DNA of 64,000 nucleotides from an uncultured Gammaproteobacteria bacterium. GTDB lineage: Bacteria; Patescibacteriota; Microgenomatia; JAMCZE01. The notes under the pieces are model-generated. The model ran no database searches and was not told the DNA's origin. It was given only the letters and a program-made list of their open reading frames with translations. Shown piece by piece: positions 47,898 to 57,240 of the stretch. The position numbers and the translations under genes were made by a program. The DNA is taken from positions 247,182-311,181 of the forward strand of contig CAZNUP010000002.1 of NCBI GenBank assembly GCA_964576435.1. The letters run 5' to 3'. Each line of letters opens with the position of its first letter. The stretch's first letter is position 1.

Positions 47898-50522
47898 ATG
47901 GATATTATCAGTCAGTCAATAAGCTTTTTATTATTCCATTATTGGTTTATTGCTCTCACAGTTGTTTTTGTAGGCCTTTTGTCTGGTTTGCGGTGGCTTC
48001 TTGAAATAAGGAGATCATTAACTGATAAATCAGTCCTGCTTGAATTGACACCACCAGCCTTTAGTCAAAAAACTGCCTATACCACCGCTCAGCTTTTTAC
48101 GGTGGTGCATACACTCGGCAGCAAAAGGAAATTTATAGATAGAGTTTTAGGAAGGAAGATTATATTTTCCTTTGAGATCGTGTCTACAGTTGATCAAGGG
48201 ATAAGATTTCTAATAAGAACATCTCCTAGGGAGGTAAATAATGTCAAAAGAAATTTGTTTTCCTACGTTCCACAAGCAAATGTAAGAGAAGCTGAAGAGT
48301 ACTTACCTAAAATTTCAGACCTTTCTCACACGAAAGTGACTGAATATAAGTTAAGTAAACATTTTGCCTTTCCACTCCAAAAACAAAATGTCTTAGATGA
48401 ACACGATCCAGTGGCTTATATCACTGGCATGATGACGAAATTGGCACCTAGTGAACTTATTGCTTTCCAATTGGTGCTAACTCCTACAAAAGTTGATGAG
48501 GTGAATAAATTATCAGCAATGATTCTCCATAACGAGGACGTTTTGGCCTATTTAAACAAGTTTCAGTTCCCTGTTTGGCCCAAACCAGTGACTTTCACTT
48601 TAGATCTTCTGTTTAAAGGAATTGGTTCACTGGGAAGAGAAACCCAATGGATAGCTACAGAGTTGGTTCACTCGCCAAGTTCTTCTCCTGCCTATACTTA
48701 CCAAATGCAACCTCAACAACAAATGCAGCAGGCACATGTTAAACCGGCAAGAGTTTTAAGCAGTTTTGAGCAGCAGACAGTTGAGACGATTCAAGAAAAG
48801 ATTAAACAATCACTTTTTGAAAGTTCGATTCGTGTTCTGACGATTATGAAAGATAAAACTGCCAGTCAGGAAAGAAGTGACGGTTTTACCTCCTCTTTGG
48901 CAGTTTTTGGAGTGCCACAATATCAAACAATTCAGGCAAAGAATAGTTTTCCGAGAATTTTAACTGACAAATTGAGACTATTGGCTTTTGAAAAACGACT
49001 ATTGTCACCCGTCTTAAACACAAGTAATTCTCTTTTATCTGTCTCAGAGGCGGCTGACTTATTCCACTTCCCATTTGCCAAAGTTACTCAAACTGAAAAC
49101 ATAGTTAAGGTCATGTCAAAAGAGTTGCCAGCACCGCTCACTTTGAAACAAGGAAAAGAGTTAAGTGTTGTGTTTGGAAAGAACACTTATGCGGGAACAG
49201 AAACACCGATAGGACTAACGGCTGATGAACGAAAAACCCACATGTACATTATTGGACGAACTGGCAGTGGCAAGACAACTTTGATGTTTAGCATGGCCAA
49301 GCATGATATTGAAGCTGGCGAAGGCATGGCGTTTGTTGATCCTCATGGTGATGTGTCCGAAGACCTGCTCGCTTCAGTTCTAGAAGAGAGAAAAGACGAC
49401 CTTATATATTTCAACCCAGTTGACCTTAAATACCCGATAGGAATTAATTTACTTGAGCTAACTCCTGGTTTAGACGAAGACGAAGCTGAACTTGAAAAAG
49501 AATTGGTAGCTGAAGGAGTAATATCGCTCTTTAGAAAAGTCTTCTCTAAAGAAGAAAATGCCAACGCACATCGGATTGAATATATTTTGAGAAATACCAT
49601 TCATACCGCATTTACCACAGAAGAACCAACAATATTTACTGTTTATGACCTTTTAAATAACCCGCCATTCCAGCAAAAAGTGGTAGCCAAGCTTCAAGAT
49701 GAAAATCTAAAGAACTTTTGGAAATTTGAATTTGGCCGAGCTGGTGACTATCAAGTGGTTAAGATGACAAGTGGAGTCACAGCAAAGATCGGTCGGTTTC
49801 TTTTCTCCCCAACTGCTAAAAGAATACTTGAGCAAAAGAAATCCACCATTAATTTCGATGATGTGCTGGATGGAAAAATATTGATTTGTAATCTTCCACA
49901 AGGAAAATTAGGTGAGGATACCGCGAAACTTCTAGGAACAACTATCTTAACTAAACTGCAGCAAGCGGCACTAAAACGAGCCGATCGGCCACAAAGTGAA
50001 AGGAAACAGTTTCACCTCTACGTTGATGAATTTCAGAACTTTGCCACATTATCTTTCTCAAAGATGTTGTCCGAAGGTCGTAAATATGGCCTAGAGGTTT
50101 GTATTGCGGAACAGTCAACTTCCCAACAACAAGATAGAAGCATTGTTAATGTAATTTTGTCTAACGTAACTACGGTGATTTGCTTCAAGTCTGGGAATCC
50201 AATTGATGAACAGCTGATGCTTTCTCAATTTGCGCCTTATGTGGAAGAGGGCGAAATCCAGAATCTGTCCCGTTACCATTTCTATATAAAGATATCAGCA
50301 ATTGAGTCCGAAGCTCCTTTCTCCGGTGAAACTCTTTTTATTCCAGTCATTAAAGACAAAGAAAAGATGGAAGCACTAATTGAAGCGTCTAGAAAAAATT
50401 GGGCAATTAAATACGAGCATAAATTGAAAGTAGCGAGCAAAGAGAAGATTTCAAGAGGCCCAGAAACGAGTCCTAAAAAAGCTAAAAATACTGCATTACC
50501 CGAAGATGATAATGATGAATAA
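47898..50522 (+). CDS. type IV secretion coupling protein (VirD4/TraG/TraD family) with a long N-terminal membrane-anchored extension
   Basis: N-terminal TM helices; Walker A IIGRTGSGKTT followed by FVDPHGD; Walker B HLYVDEFQNF; RKYGLEVCIAEQSTSQQQD. Confidence 0.75.
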   Translation: MDIISQSISFLLFHYWFIALTVVFVGLLSGLRWLLEIRRSLTDKSVLLELTPPAFSQKTAYTTAQLFTVVHTLGSKRKFIDRVLGRKIIFSFEIVSTVDQGIRFLIRTSPREVNNVKRNLFSYVPQANVREAEEYLPKISDLSHTKVTEYKLSKHFAFPLQKQNVLDEHDPVAYITGMMTKLAPSELIAFQLVLTPTKVDEVNKLSAMILHNEDVLAYLNKFQFPVWPKPVTFTLDLLFKGIGSLGRETQWIATELVHSPSSSPAYTYQMQPQQQMQQAHVKPARVLSSFEQQTVETIQEKIKQSLFESSIRVLTIMKDKTASQERSDGFTSSLAVFGVPQYQTIQAKNSFPRILTDKLRLLAFEKRLLSPVLNTSNSLLSVSEAADLFHFPFAKVTQTENIVKVMSKELPAPLTLKQGKELSVVFGKNTYAGTETPIGLTADERKTHMYIIGRTGSGKTTLMFSMAKHDIEAGEGMAFVDPHGDVSEDLLASVLEERKDDLIYFNPVDLKYPIGINLLELTPGLDEDEAELEKELVAEGVISLFRKVFSKEENANAHRIEYILRNTIHTAFTTEEPTIFTVYDLLNNPPFQQKVVAKLQDENLKNFWKFEFGRAGDYQVVKMTSGVTAKIGRFLFSPTAKRILEQKKSTINFDDVLDGKILICNLPQGKLGEDTAKLLGTTILTKLQQAALKRADRPQSERKQFHLYVDEFQNFATLSFSKMLSEGRKYGLEVCIAEQSTSQQQDRSIVNVILSNVTTVICFKSGNPIDEQLMLSQFAPYVEEGEIQNLSRYHFYIKISAIESEAPFSGETLFIPVIKDKEKMEALIEASRKNWAIKYEHKLKVASKEKISRGPETSPKKAKNTALPEDDNDE

Positions 50523-50552
50523 ACTGTGTTAGCGCGTTAACACAGTTTTTGA
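50522..50552 (+). terminator. 10-bp perfect stem hairpin (aactgtgtta-gcgcgt-taacacagtt) followed by T-rich sequence; terminator and/or oriT-like inverted repeat
   Basis: Read directly from the sequence; lies between the coupling-protein gene and the putative relaxase gene. Confidence 0.45.
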
Positions 50553-50647
50553 GTAATTTTGAACCTAATTTGTTTTTGTTTACATCTTTTTTATATCTTA
50601 TATAAATATAAGAGGCTTTATTTATAACCATAAAAGTTGACCTATCC

Positions 50648-51412
50648 ATGACTACTCCATCTATAACTAAAGGCCAAATAAAAATAATACATTCACTATA
50701 TAAATTCCGCTTCCTAACTATTAACCATCTTCAAAAACTACTCAACCACAAAGCTCAATATCGAATTAATACCTGGCTACAAGATTTGCAAGACAAAAAA
50801 TATATTTCCGTAATTAAAGACAAAGATCGAACACAACCATTTATATATTGTTTAGACACTAAGTCCGGTCACGTTCTCAAAGACAATGAAAAGTTTGAAA
50901 AAACTTTTCTAAGTAGGTTGTATAAAGAAAAGAGTAAAGAAAGGCCGTTTATTAATCACCACCTTTTTATTGCAACTGTTTATCTCTTTTTCCTGTCAAA
51001 GAAGGAAAAACAATCGGTGCTTAAATTTTTTACTAAACAGAACTTGAAGGGTTATCAATATTTCCCTGATCCTCTTCCCGATGCATATATTTCAGTCAAA
51101 AACGAAAAACAAACCAAGAGATATTTTTTAGATTTGTTTGATCCCAATATTCCACCTTTTGTTCTGAGAAATAGAATCAAATATTATTTGAAGTATTTCC
51201 AAGACGGTCAGTGGCAAGAAAACACGGAAAACAGCCCGTTTCCGTTAATTCTGTTTGTTTGTCCCAATGACCGATTAAAAAAACACATTTTCATGTATAG
51301 CAAATCGTTGCTTCAAAAGTCATTTAATAATGAAGTCAAACTTTTTCTCACCACAAAAGAAATTTTGGAAGCAAATAATCCGGATCTAACGGTTTGGGAG
51401 CAAGCAAAGTAG
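50648..51412 (+). CDS. replication-relaxation (Replic_Relax) family protein, putative relaxase
   Basis: N-terminal wHTH-like ITKGQIKIIHSLYKFRFLTINHLQKLL and an INHHLFIATVYLF His motif; sits beside the coupling protein. Confidence 0.5.
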   Translation: MTTPSITKGQIKIIHSLYKFRFLTINHLQKLLNHKAQYRINTWLQDLQDKKYISVIKDKDRTQPFIYCLDTKSGHVLKDNEKFEKTFLSRLYKEKSKERPFINHHLFIATVYLFFLSKKEKQSVLKFFTKQNLKGYQYFPDPLPDAYISVKNEKQTKRYFLDLFDPNIPPFVLRNRIKYYLKYFQDGQWQENTENSPFPLILFVCPNDRLKKHIFMYSKSLLQKSFNNEVKLFLTTKEILEANNPDLTVWEQAK

Positions 51413-51448
51413 TGTTCGCCGCCGGGCAGTGGCGGCAAAATTCCTAAT

Positions 51449-51748
51449 TCACTCGTGCAATTTCTTCACTTGTGATAGCGGTTTTGGTTCAAAAGAGGAA
51501 TCGCGCTCAACTCCTAATCCTAATGGCCCTTTGGCGCTACTAAGTTCTGAAAGCGAGAAATATCCAAACTCGCGCTCATGTCCCACTACAAAGCCGTAAA
51601 ACATATCTTTCCCATCAAATTCAATTGCATACCAAGTCCACCTTGAGGTAGGCGTAAAGAATTTGCACACTACTTGTGGATCTTCTATCCATTCGGTTGA
51701 TCCTATGGGAGGCAAGTTATCAGCCACAAATTTTGGTAATAGATTCAT
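51449..51748 (-). CDS. DUF2958 family protein (common on conjugative elements)
   Basis: KFFTPTSRWTWYAIEFDGKDMFYGFVVGHEREFGYFSLSELSSAKGPLGLGVERDSSFEPKPL matches my recollection of the DUF2958 consensus; the ATG after SD GGGGGTG is preferred over the track's GTG at 51757. Confidence 0.55.
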   Translation of the reverse strand: MNLLPKFVADNLPPIGSTEWIEDPQVVCKFFTPTSRWTWYAIEFDGKDMFYGFVVGHEREFGYFSLSELSSAKGPLGLGVERDSSFEPKPLSQVKKLHE

Positions 51749-51781
51749 TAAGTTCACCCCCTTTCTGTAAAAAATTGAATT

Positions 51782-51805
51782 TCGAAAGCATGCGCATGCT
51801 TTCGA
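51782..51805. promoter_or_regulatory. 24-bp perfect palindrome tcgaaagcatgcgcatgctttcga in a divergent intergenic region
   Basis: Read directly; flanked by direct repeats cccttgtc(a/t)(a/g)aaga at 51884 and 51904 and a TATAAT at 51958. Confidence 0.5.
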
Positions 51806-51937
51806 TAGAAGAAAGCAGAAAAGCAGGGTGAATTTTGCAAGGGCGAAGCTACGCGCAGTTTATTGAAGTGAAACGAAAACCCTTGTCAAAAGAGGGGCGC
51901 AGCCCTTGTCTGAAGACGGAAGGCAAGTAGTTGCTTC

Positions 51938-54409
51938 TTGAAACCTAAATCCCAGAGTATAATGCCAATTATGAGGTACGAGCAGCTAATCACCCTGGAG
52001 GAAAAAAATAAATGGCTCGAGCTTGAAGTGACGCTTGGGACTAATGACGCGCTTATTGGTAAGGATTTATCGAGATTGCGTAATTTCCTAAAAACCTTTA
52101 ATGACTTAGAAAAACGAAATTTGGAAGCGACCACTACTTTGAGTTTTAATCTAGAATCTCCTTTGTCATTGGAAGACAATCCAAAATTACTGAAATTATT
52201 GTTAATAAAAAAATTTATTGAACAGCACGGCCTCTCTGTTATTAGGGAAGCAAAATCAAACCAAGGCCTATCTGAAAAAACTGTTTTCTTGGAAGTTTCT
52301 GATGGACTATTTAATCGGAACGAGTATCCAGAGAAAATATATGTCTATGCAGCATATAGGCAGCGAGGAAGCCCTAATACATGGCTAAAGGTGATTAGTA
52401 ATTTGACGGCAGATGAAGTTGAACAGAAGTTGGAAAGTAAAACACGGGCTCTACAATCATATATTAATCATCATCTTCGGATTTCGAGAAAATTCAGATT
52501 TAAGGAAACTATTGGTAGTCTAGCCATTTTCGTTTTTTCTAAAGCTATTCCAGCGAAAGTTATGAAAGGAGAGACAAAAAACCTAGAAGTACAGAGAGCT
52601 ACATATACCATGGTTGTTTTTGACAAATCAGAAAATAAGTTAGGTGTTGTTACTGGTAGCAGGAAAGAAGTTCAGCTAATTCAAAGGTATATTCGTTATA
52701 GGCTTCTCCCCGACTCTATTGGCACCCCACGCTCTGAATTAGAAAAAGACCGCAAGGACATTCTTAAAAAGATTTTGGCTTCGAATGGAGATAGGTTCAT
52801 TTCCTTAAACAGCGTTTCATTCAAAACAACATTATTGCCGGGGCACCCTTCTGTTCGGTTAAAGGTCAACGGTAGTTCCTCAGTCGATGACGCCTTAAAT
52901 GCGCTACCTGATATGTGGAACAATCTTGGAATTGAGGCGCTGAGGAACGTAGATTACCAATTTCAAGGGAAAATTGTAAATGTTTATATATATGGAGATG
53001 AATGGAAAAGAATTTTCATCAATACTACAGCCAAAAGGAACTCACGTGAACTAGAAAATTATATCCTGGATGACCTCAACCAACGTCTTGGTACAAACGT
53101 AAAAGAGACAAGTTTTATTGTAGAACCTTTAACAGATGAGTACATTCTAGAAAAAATATTCATTGTTAAACGGGTTGCATCATTTCCACCAGTGCCGAAA
53201 CAAGTAGAGGGAATGATTATCAGACTTATTGGTCAAAAAATAATTAAAGAACCTACTAAAATTTCTAGAAGAAGATGTTCCATTTGTTATGGATTTTCTT
53301 GGAACGATTGGAATTGCCCCAATTGTGATAGAGAATCGATGATTGTCGTTGGCGAGGCTATAAATATTGAGTTAGTCGAGACAGTAGTCATTCGTAAACT
53401 TGCCAAATTACTTCCAAATGACTTGCCAAACTTTCAAGTTAAATTGATTCCTTATAAGCAAAGAAGAAATTATAAAAAAACAGTAATAAAAATTTATAAT
53501 CCAACCAAGAATTTATCCGTTTTTATCTTGTTAATTTCTGATAAGAAAGACTTGCCTTTCGTTGAAGATTTATTGCATGAAGGATTTGGTGTAATAGGGA
53601 TAATAGATCCAGAATTAGGGCAGAAGGCAGATTATTTGGAACGAAGTGGCTGCAATTTAGTTCCATTGCATTTAGTAGTAAATAGACTTGTCAATGGTTC
53701 TGATAGACCGACATTCTTAACACATGTCGAGGATCAAGAGCGAAAAGTTCTAGAAAGAATTTTTGCAAACTTGAGAATGTCCCTGAATAAACTCAACAAT
53801 AAACCGAACAATTATGATGAAGATATGTTTGAAATTGACATTACTAATTTGTTTCAAGCTATTGTTCCTGATGTCATTAGATTAGGTACCGAGCATAAAG
53901 GAAGATCAGTTCCGGATGGTTATTGTTGCTATGGCTATAAAGAATTAGCCCGAAAGAAACGGCTATTTGGGTGGGATGCAAAATACAGCATTCATTCAAA
54001 TTATAGATTGGGTTCTACTGACCTAGTTAAACAAAAAAGGTACCTGGCATGGTTGAGTGCAAAAAATAGTGAGCCGGCCAAGATTGGCAGCTTGGGGATA
54101 TATGCTTTTATTTCTAATTTTGATTCCGCCACGGGTTTTAATACCACCCTTACAAATTTAACAAAATGGGATAAATTTCCGAGACAGTGTCGATTGATTC
54201 TTGTGCAGGACAAATTACTTGTCGAAATTTGTGAATGGATATTAGCACATTGGCAACAAGTGATAGATAACAACTCATTGATTTCTGAGGTAACCTTTAA
54301 GTGGTTTAGAAGAAATACTGCTAAATCTTTTAATACATTGCACGTCAATGATTGGCACAAACTAGAAAAAAAGTTAAATCAAATTCCTCTTTTAGCCCGT
54401 CATAATTGA
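51938..54409 (+). CDS. large uncharacterised protein (823 aa) with a central zinc ribbon and a C-terminal PD-(D/E)xK-like nuclease motif
   Basis: CSICYGFSWNDWNCPNCD (CxxC-N10-CxxC); C-terminal ...RSVPDGYCCYGYKELARKKRLFGWDAKYS (PD ... DxK spacing, Mrr-like); no Walker A seen; the track starts at TTG 51938, an ATG lies at 51962. Confidence 0.5.
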   Translation: MKPKSQSIMPIMRYEQLITLEEKNKWLELEVTLGTNDALIGKDLSRLRNFLKTFNDLEKRNLEATTTLSFNLESPLSLEDNPKLLKLLLIKKFIEQHGLSVIREAKSNQGLSEKTVFLEVSDGLFNRNEYPEKIYVYAAYRQRGSPNTWLKVISNLTADEVEQKLESKTRALQSYINHHLRISRKFRFKETIGSLAIFVFSKAIPAKVMKGETKNLEVQRATYTMVVFDKSENKLGVVTGSRKEVQLIQRYIRYRLLPDSIGTPRSELEKDRKDILKKILASNGDRFISLNSVSFKTTLLPGHPSVRLKVNGSSSVDDALNALPDMWNNLGIEALRNVDYQFQGKIVNVYIYGDEWKRIFINTTAKRNSRELENYILDDLNQRLGTNVKETSFIVEPLTDEYILEKIFIVKRVASFPPVPKQVEGMIIRLIGQKIIKEPTKISRRRCSICYGFSWNDWNCPNCDRESMIVVGEAINIELVETVVIRKLAKLLPNDLPNFQVKLIPYKQRRNYKKTVIKIYNPTKNLSVFILLISDKKDLPFVEDLLHEGFGVIGIIDPELGQKADYLERSGCNLVPLHLVVNRLVNGSDRPTFLTHVEDQERKVLERIFANLRMSLNKLNNKPNNYDEDMFEIDITNLFQAIVPDVIRLGTEHKGRSVPDGYCCYGYKELARKKRLFGWDAKYSIHSNYRLGSTDLVKQKRYLAWLSAKNSEPAKIGSLGIYAFISNFDSATGFNTTLTNLTKWDKFPRQCRLILVQDKLLVEICEWILAHWQQVIDNNSLISEVTFKWFRRNTAKSFNTLHVNDWHKLEKKLNQIPLLARHN

Positions 54410-54509
54410 CTTTACTCCACCCACTGATATAATCTGATATAGATTTTAATAGTAAGTTTCTTTTTCTTCTGCCCTTCAGAAAAGAACTTCCAAGGAAGGG
54501 GGTGGAAGT

Positions 54510-54848
54510 ATGAAGAAATTAATTTTTCTACAATCGCTTGTTTTAACTGCACTCGTAGTTGCCTCTCCTGCATTTGCTGCCTCCGCTGATGTTTCCAAAA
54601 TCCAAACATTTATCCAAAGTATTATCCAAGTCTTGGTAACGATTGCCGCTCTTGTGGCGTCTGGATTTTTTGTTTTGGGAGGATTTGGCTATATCACAAG
54701 TTCCGGTAATCCTGAGTCACTGGATAAATCCAAGAAAACTATTCTCTACTCAGCAATCGGGTTAGTAGTAGTACTCGGGGCATTTGTGCTATCCAATATG
54801 GTTACTCAACTAGCTACTGGCGCCTTTGGAGCTGCAGCTGGCAATTAA
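54510..54848 (+). CDS. VirB2/TrbC-like conjugative pilin
   Basis: Signal peptide MKKLIFLQSLVLTALVVASPAFAAS followed by two hydrophobic helices; 112 aa; strong SD AAGGAAGGGGGTGGA. Confidence 0.6.
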   Translation: MKKLIFLQSLVLTALVVASPAFAASADVSKIQTFIQSIIQVLVTIAALVASGFFVLGGFGYITSSGNPESLDKSKKTILYSAIGLVVVLGAFVLSNMVTQLATGAFGAAAGN

Positions 54849-54849
54849 C

Positions 54850-56151
54850 ATGCCTATGAAAAGAGTATTAACCATTTTAGGATTAGTCCTAGGGTTCTTC
54901 GTATTTCCCATGCCTGCCTTTGCTGCAGGATCAGATTTGGCAAGTTATACCACTGACACTTTAAACATCATTACCATTATCGCCAGCGCCGCAGCAACAC
55001 TATTTCTCATCAAAGGTGGTTATCTCTACTTCACCTCCGCTGGTCAACCCCAAGCACTCGAAGAAGCAAAGAAAACAATCAGAAACAGCTTGATGGGACT
55101 GGTAGTAGTTCTTGCCGCAGGATTAATTGTCTCCGTCTTTAAAGGTGCTCTTCCTGCTTCCACAGGAGACACGAGCACTGCAGCCGTAGCAATTGCACCC
55201 ATTACTACAATTAAACCAACCGATGGTCTGTCCCAGGTTCTTATCGATGCAGTCTCAGCCTTCATTCAAAATATTGTTGAAAGCTCAACCAAACCAATCG
55301 TAGACGGGATTATTGGCTTTTTGACTACAACACCGAACTTATTGGGAAATTCTGTCATCACAAAGTTTTGGCTTGTCAGCTTGGGAATTGTGGACACACT
55401 TTTTGTTTTGGTGGTGGCACTTCTTGGACTGCATTTCATGAGCGCTAGTGCACTTGGCTTTGAAGAAGTAGAACTAAAACAACTCCTTCCAAGGATTGGC
55501 ACCGCTTTTCTGGGGGCCAATATTTCTTTGTTCCTGGCTGATTATGTAATCACTACTTGTAACGTGTTGGTGAAAACAATCTTAGATTCCACTGGAGGAC
55601 TAACTCACGCTTGGATTATGGATGCCATTAATCCAGTAACTTTTGCTACGGGTGGTACACCTCTAATTACTCTCATCTTTCTAGTTTTGTTCTTAATTCT
55701 CTCTGTTGTCCTGTTGCTTATGTACATTGCTAGATTAATTACCCTTTCTTTAGGAGCAGTGTTGTCACCCTTCATTTTTCTTCTCTGGACCCTGCCGAAG
55801 TTTTCTGACTTTGCTGAAATTGCCATTAAGTCATATGTTGTAACTGTATTTATGGTTTTTGTGCACGTAGTCATTATTCAACTAGCAGCAGCATTCTTAA
55901 CAATTCCTGGAAATTCAAATAATTCCCTTTTGGCAATTGCTATTGCCATTGGACTTTTTCTCACACTTTTGAAAGTTCCCGGGACCATGATGCAAATGGT
56001 CTTCTATACCTCACGAAATGGCACATTTAAAAAGATGGGTAGTCAAATTGTTAATGTGATGACCAGCGACAAATCTGGTGCAGCCAGTTCGGCTAGTTCT
56101 GCAGCCAGAGAAGCTGTTGTCAAACTGCCCAGAAAGGCGGTAGCGATATGA
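54850..56151 (+). CDS. VirB6/TrbL-like T4SS polytopic membrane protein with an N-terminal pilin-like domain paralogous to the upstream VirB2-like gene
   Basis: N-terminal ~105 aa (PAFAAGS...IKGGYLYFTSAGQPQALEEAKKTI...GLVVVLAAGLIVS) parallels PAFAASA...LGGFGYITSSGNPESLDKSKKTI...GLVVVLGAFVLS of the preceding ORF; at least 6 TM helices follow. Confidence 0.6.
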   Translation: MPMKRVLTILGLVLGFFVFPMPAFAAGSDLASYTTDTLNIITIIASAAATLFLIKGGYLYFTSAGQPQALEEAKKTIRNSLMGLVVVLAAGLIVSVFKGALPASTGDTSTAAVAIAPITTIKPTDGLSQVLIDAVSAFIQNIVESSTKPIVDGIIGFLTTTPNLLGNSVITKFWLVSLGIVDTLFVLVVALLGLHFMSASALGFEEVELKQLLPRIGTAFLGANISLFLADYVITTCNVLVKTILDSTGGLTHAWIMDAINPVTFATGGTPLITLIFLVLFLILSVVLLLMYIARLITLSLGAVLSPFIFLLWTLPKFSDFAEIAIKSYVVTVFMVFVHVVIIQLAAAFLTIPGNSNNSLLAIAIAIGLFLTLLKVPGTMMQMVFYTSRNGTFKKMGSQIVNVMTSDKSGAASSASSAAREAVVKLPRKAVAI

Positions 56152-56654
56152 GAAGCACAGTCATTCCAGCACAAATTACCACTGTTGAAGATAAAATCGC
56201 AGGCAATTTAAACTTGACCCAAATTGTGCTCTTTCTAGGTGCAATATTTGCAACTACATTTCTCTACGTTATCTTACCGCCAACCCACCACTTAACCCCT
56301 CTAAAGACCATCGTAGGGCTCATAACCATCACCGGATTTATGGCCCTGGCAGTTCGAATCAAAGGAAAGATCGTTCTTGACTGGCTACTTGTTCTTTCTA
56401 GGTACAACTTGCGACCAAAATATTACGTGTTTAATAAAAACGACGCCTATTTACGAACCCTATATTTACCAGAGCTACCCGCCAAAGCAAAGCTGTTTGC
56501 TAAAAAGGTGAGCCCACAAAAAGCTACGCAACCTGAGACAACCAATATCGTCATTAAGGACCTAGTAAAGTTGGATGCTTTAGTACAAGACAAAAACCTG
56601 AGTTTTAGTTTTAAAACTAACAGAAAAGGAGGACTCGATGTGGCTTTTGAATAA
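56148..56654 (+). CDS. PrgI/VirB3-like small T4SS membrane protein
   Basis: 168 aa with two TM helices, directly upstream of the VirB4 genes; 4-nt overlap with the upstream gene. Confidence 0.4.
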   Translation: MRSTVIPAQITTVEDKIAGNLNLTQIVLFLGAIFATTFLYVILPPTHHLTPLKTIVGLITITGFMALAVRIKGKIVLDWLLVLSRYNLRPKYYVFNKNDAYLRTLYLPELPAKAKLFAKKVSPQKATQPETTNIVIKDLVKLDALVQDKNLSFSFKTNRKGGLDVAFE

Positions 56655-57240
56655 ATCAAATCAAAAAATGAGTTCCAGAAAACAAATCAACATTAAAGAA
56701 GTGAAAGACGGAATGTTAATTTTGCCTAACAACCAATACCGAGTGGCAATTGAAACTTCCTCAATTAACTTTGAGCTTAAAAGCGAACAGGAGCAGGACG
56801 TTTTGATTGATAGTTTTCAAAATTTCCTCAACTCCCTTCCATGTCAGCTGCAAATCCTTATTCGCGTGAGAGAAATTGACATCGATTCTTACTTGGAGGA
56901 AATATCAAAAGGAAAACAGCTGCAAGAAGAGCTGCGTAACTATTGCGATTTCATTAAAACTGTTGTCTCGGGAAACAAAATCCTTTCCAGACGTTTTTAT
57001 GTCATTATTCCCTATCACAGCGCAAGTGGGAGTAAGGATTTTGAATTTATCAAAGAACAGATTCGTTTAAATTGTGACCTGGTCACTAAAGGCTTGGAAA
57101 AATTGGGAATGAAAGCAAAACAGTTGGACAGTCTTGAAATTCTCGATCTGTTCTACAGTTTCTATAATCCAGGCCAGACTAAGACGCAAGAACTTAAAGG
57201 GCAAACAATTCAGACACTTTTACAAAATAACTATGCCTAA
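56638..57240 (+). CDS. VirB4 N-terminal-domain-like protein (separate 200-aa ORF)
   Basis: Length and position equivalent to the N-domain of ~800-aa VirB4 proteins; the stop overlaps the next start (ATGCCTAA). Confidence 0.4.
   Translation: MWLLNKSNQKMSSRKQINIKEVKDGMLILPNNQYRVAIETSSINFELKSEQEQDVLIDSFQNFLNSLPCQLQILIRVREIDIDSYLEEISKGKQLQEELRNYCDFIKTVVSGNKILSRRFYVIIPYHSASGSKDFEFIKEQIRLNCDLVTKGLEKLGMKAKQLDSLEILDLFYSFYNPGQTKTQELKGQTIQTLLQNNYA

Noticed and set aside
47898-50522. Alternative assignment of the 874-aa P-loop protein as FtsK/SpoIIIE or HerA-type translocase
   Set aside because: N-terminal TM anchor, the GRTGSGKT...DPHGD...RKYG...Q..Q motif pattern and the neighbouring relaxase-like and VirB genes fit a VirD4/TraG coupling protein better; profile search still needed.
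54412-54609. 65-aa minus-strand ORF overlapping the VirB2-like pilin gene start
   Set aside because: Antisense overlap with a gene that has a strong SD and clear signal peptide; no features of its own.
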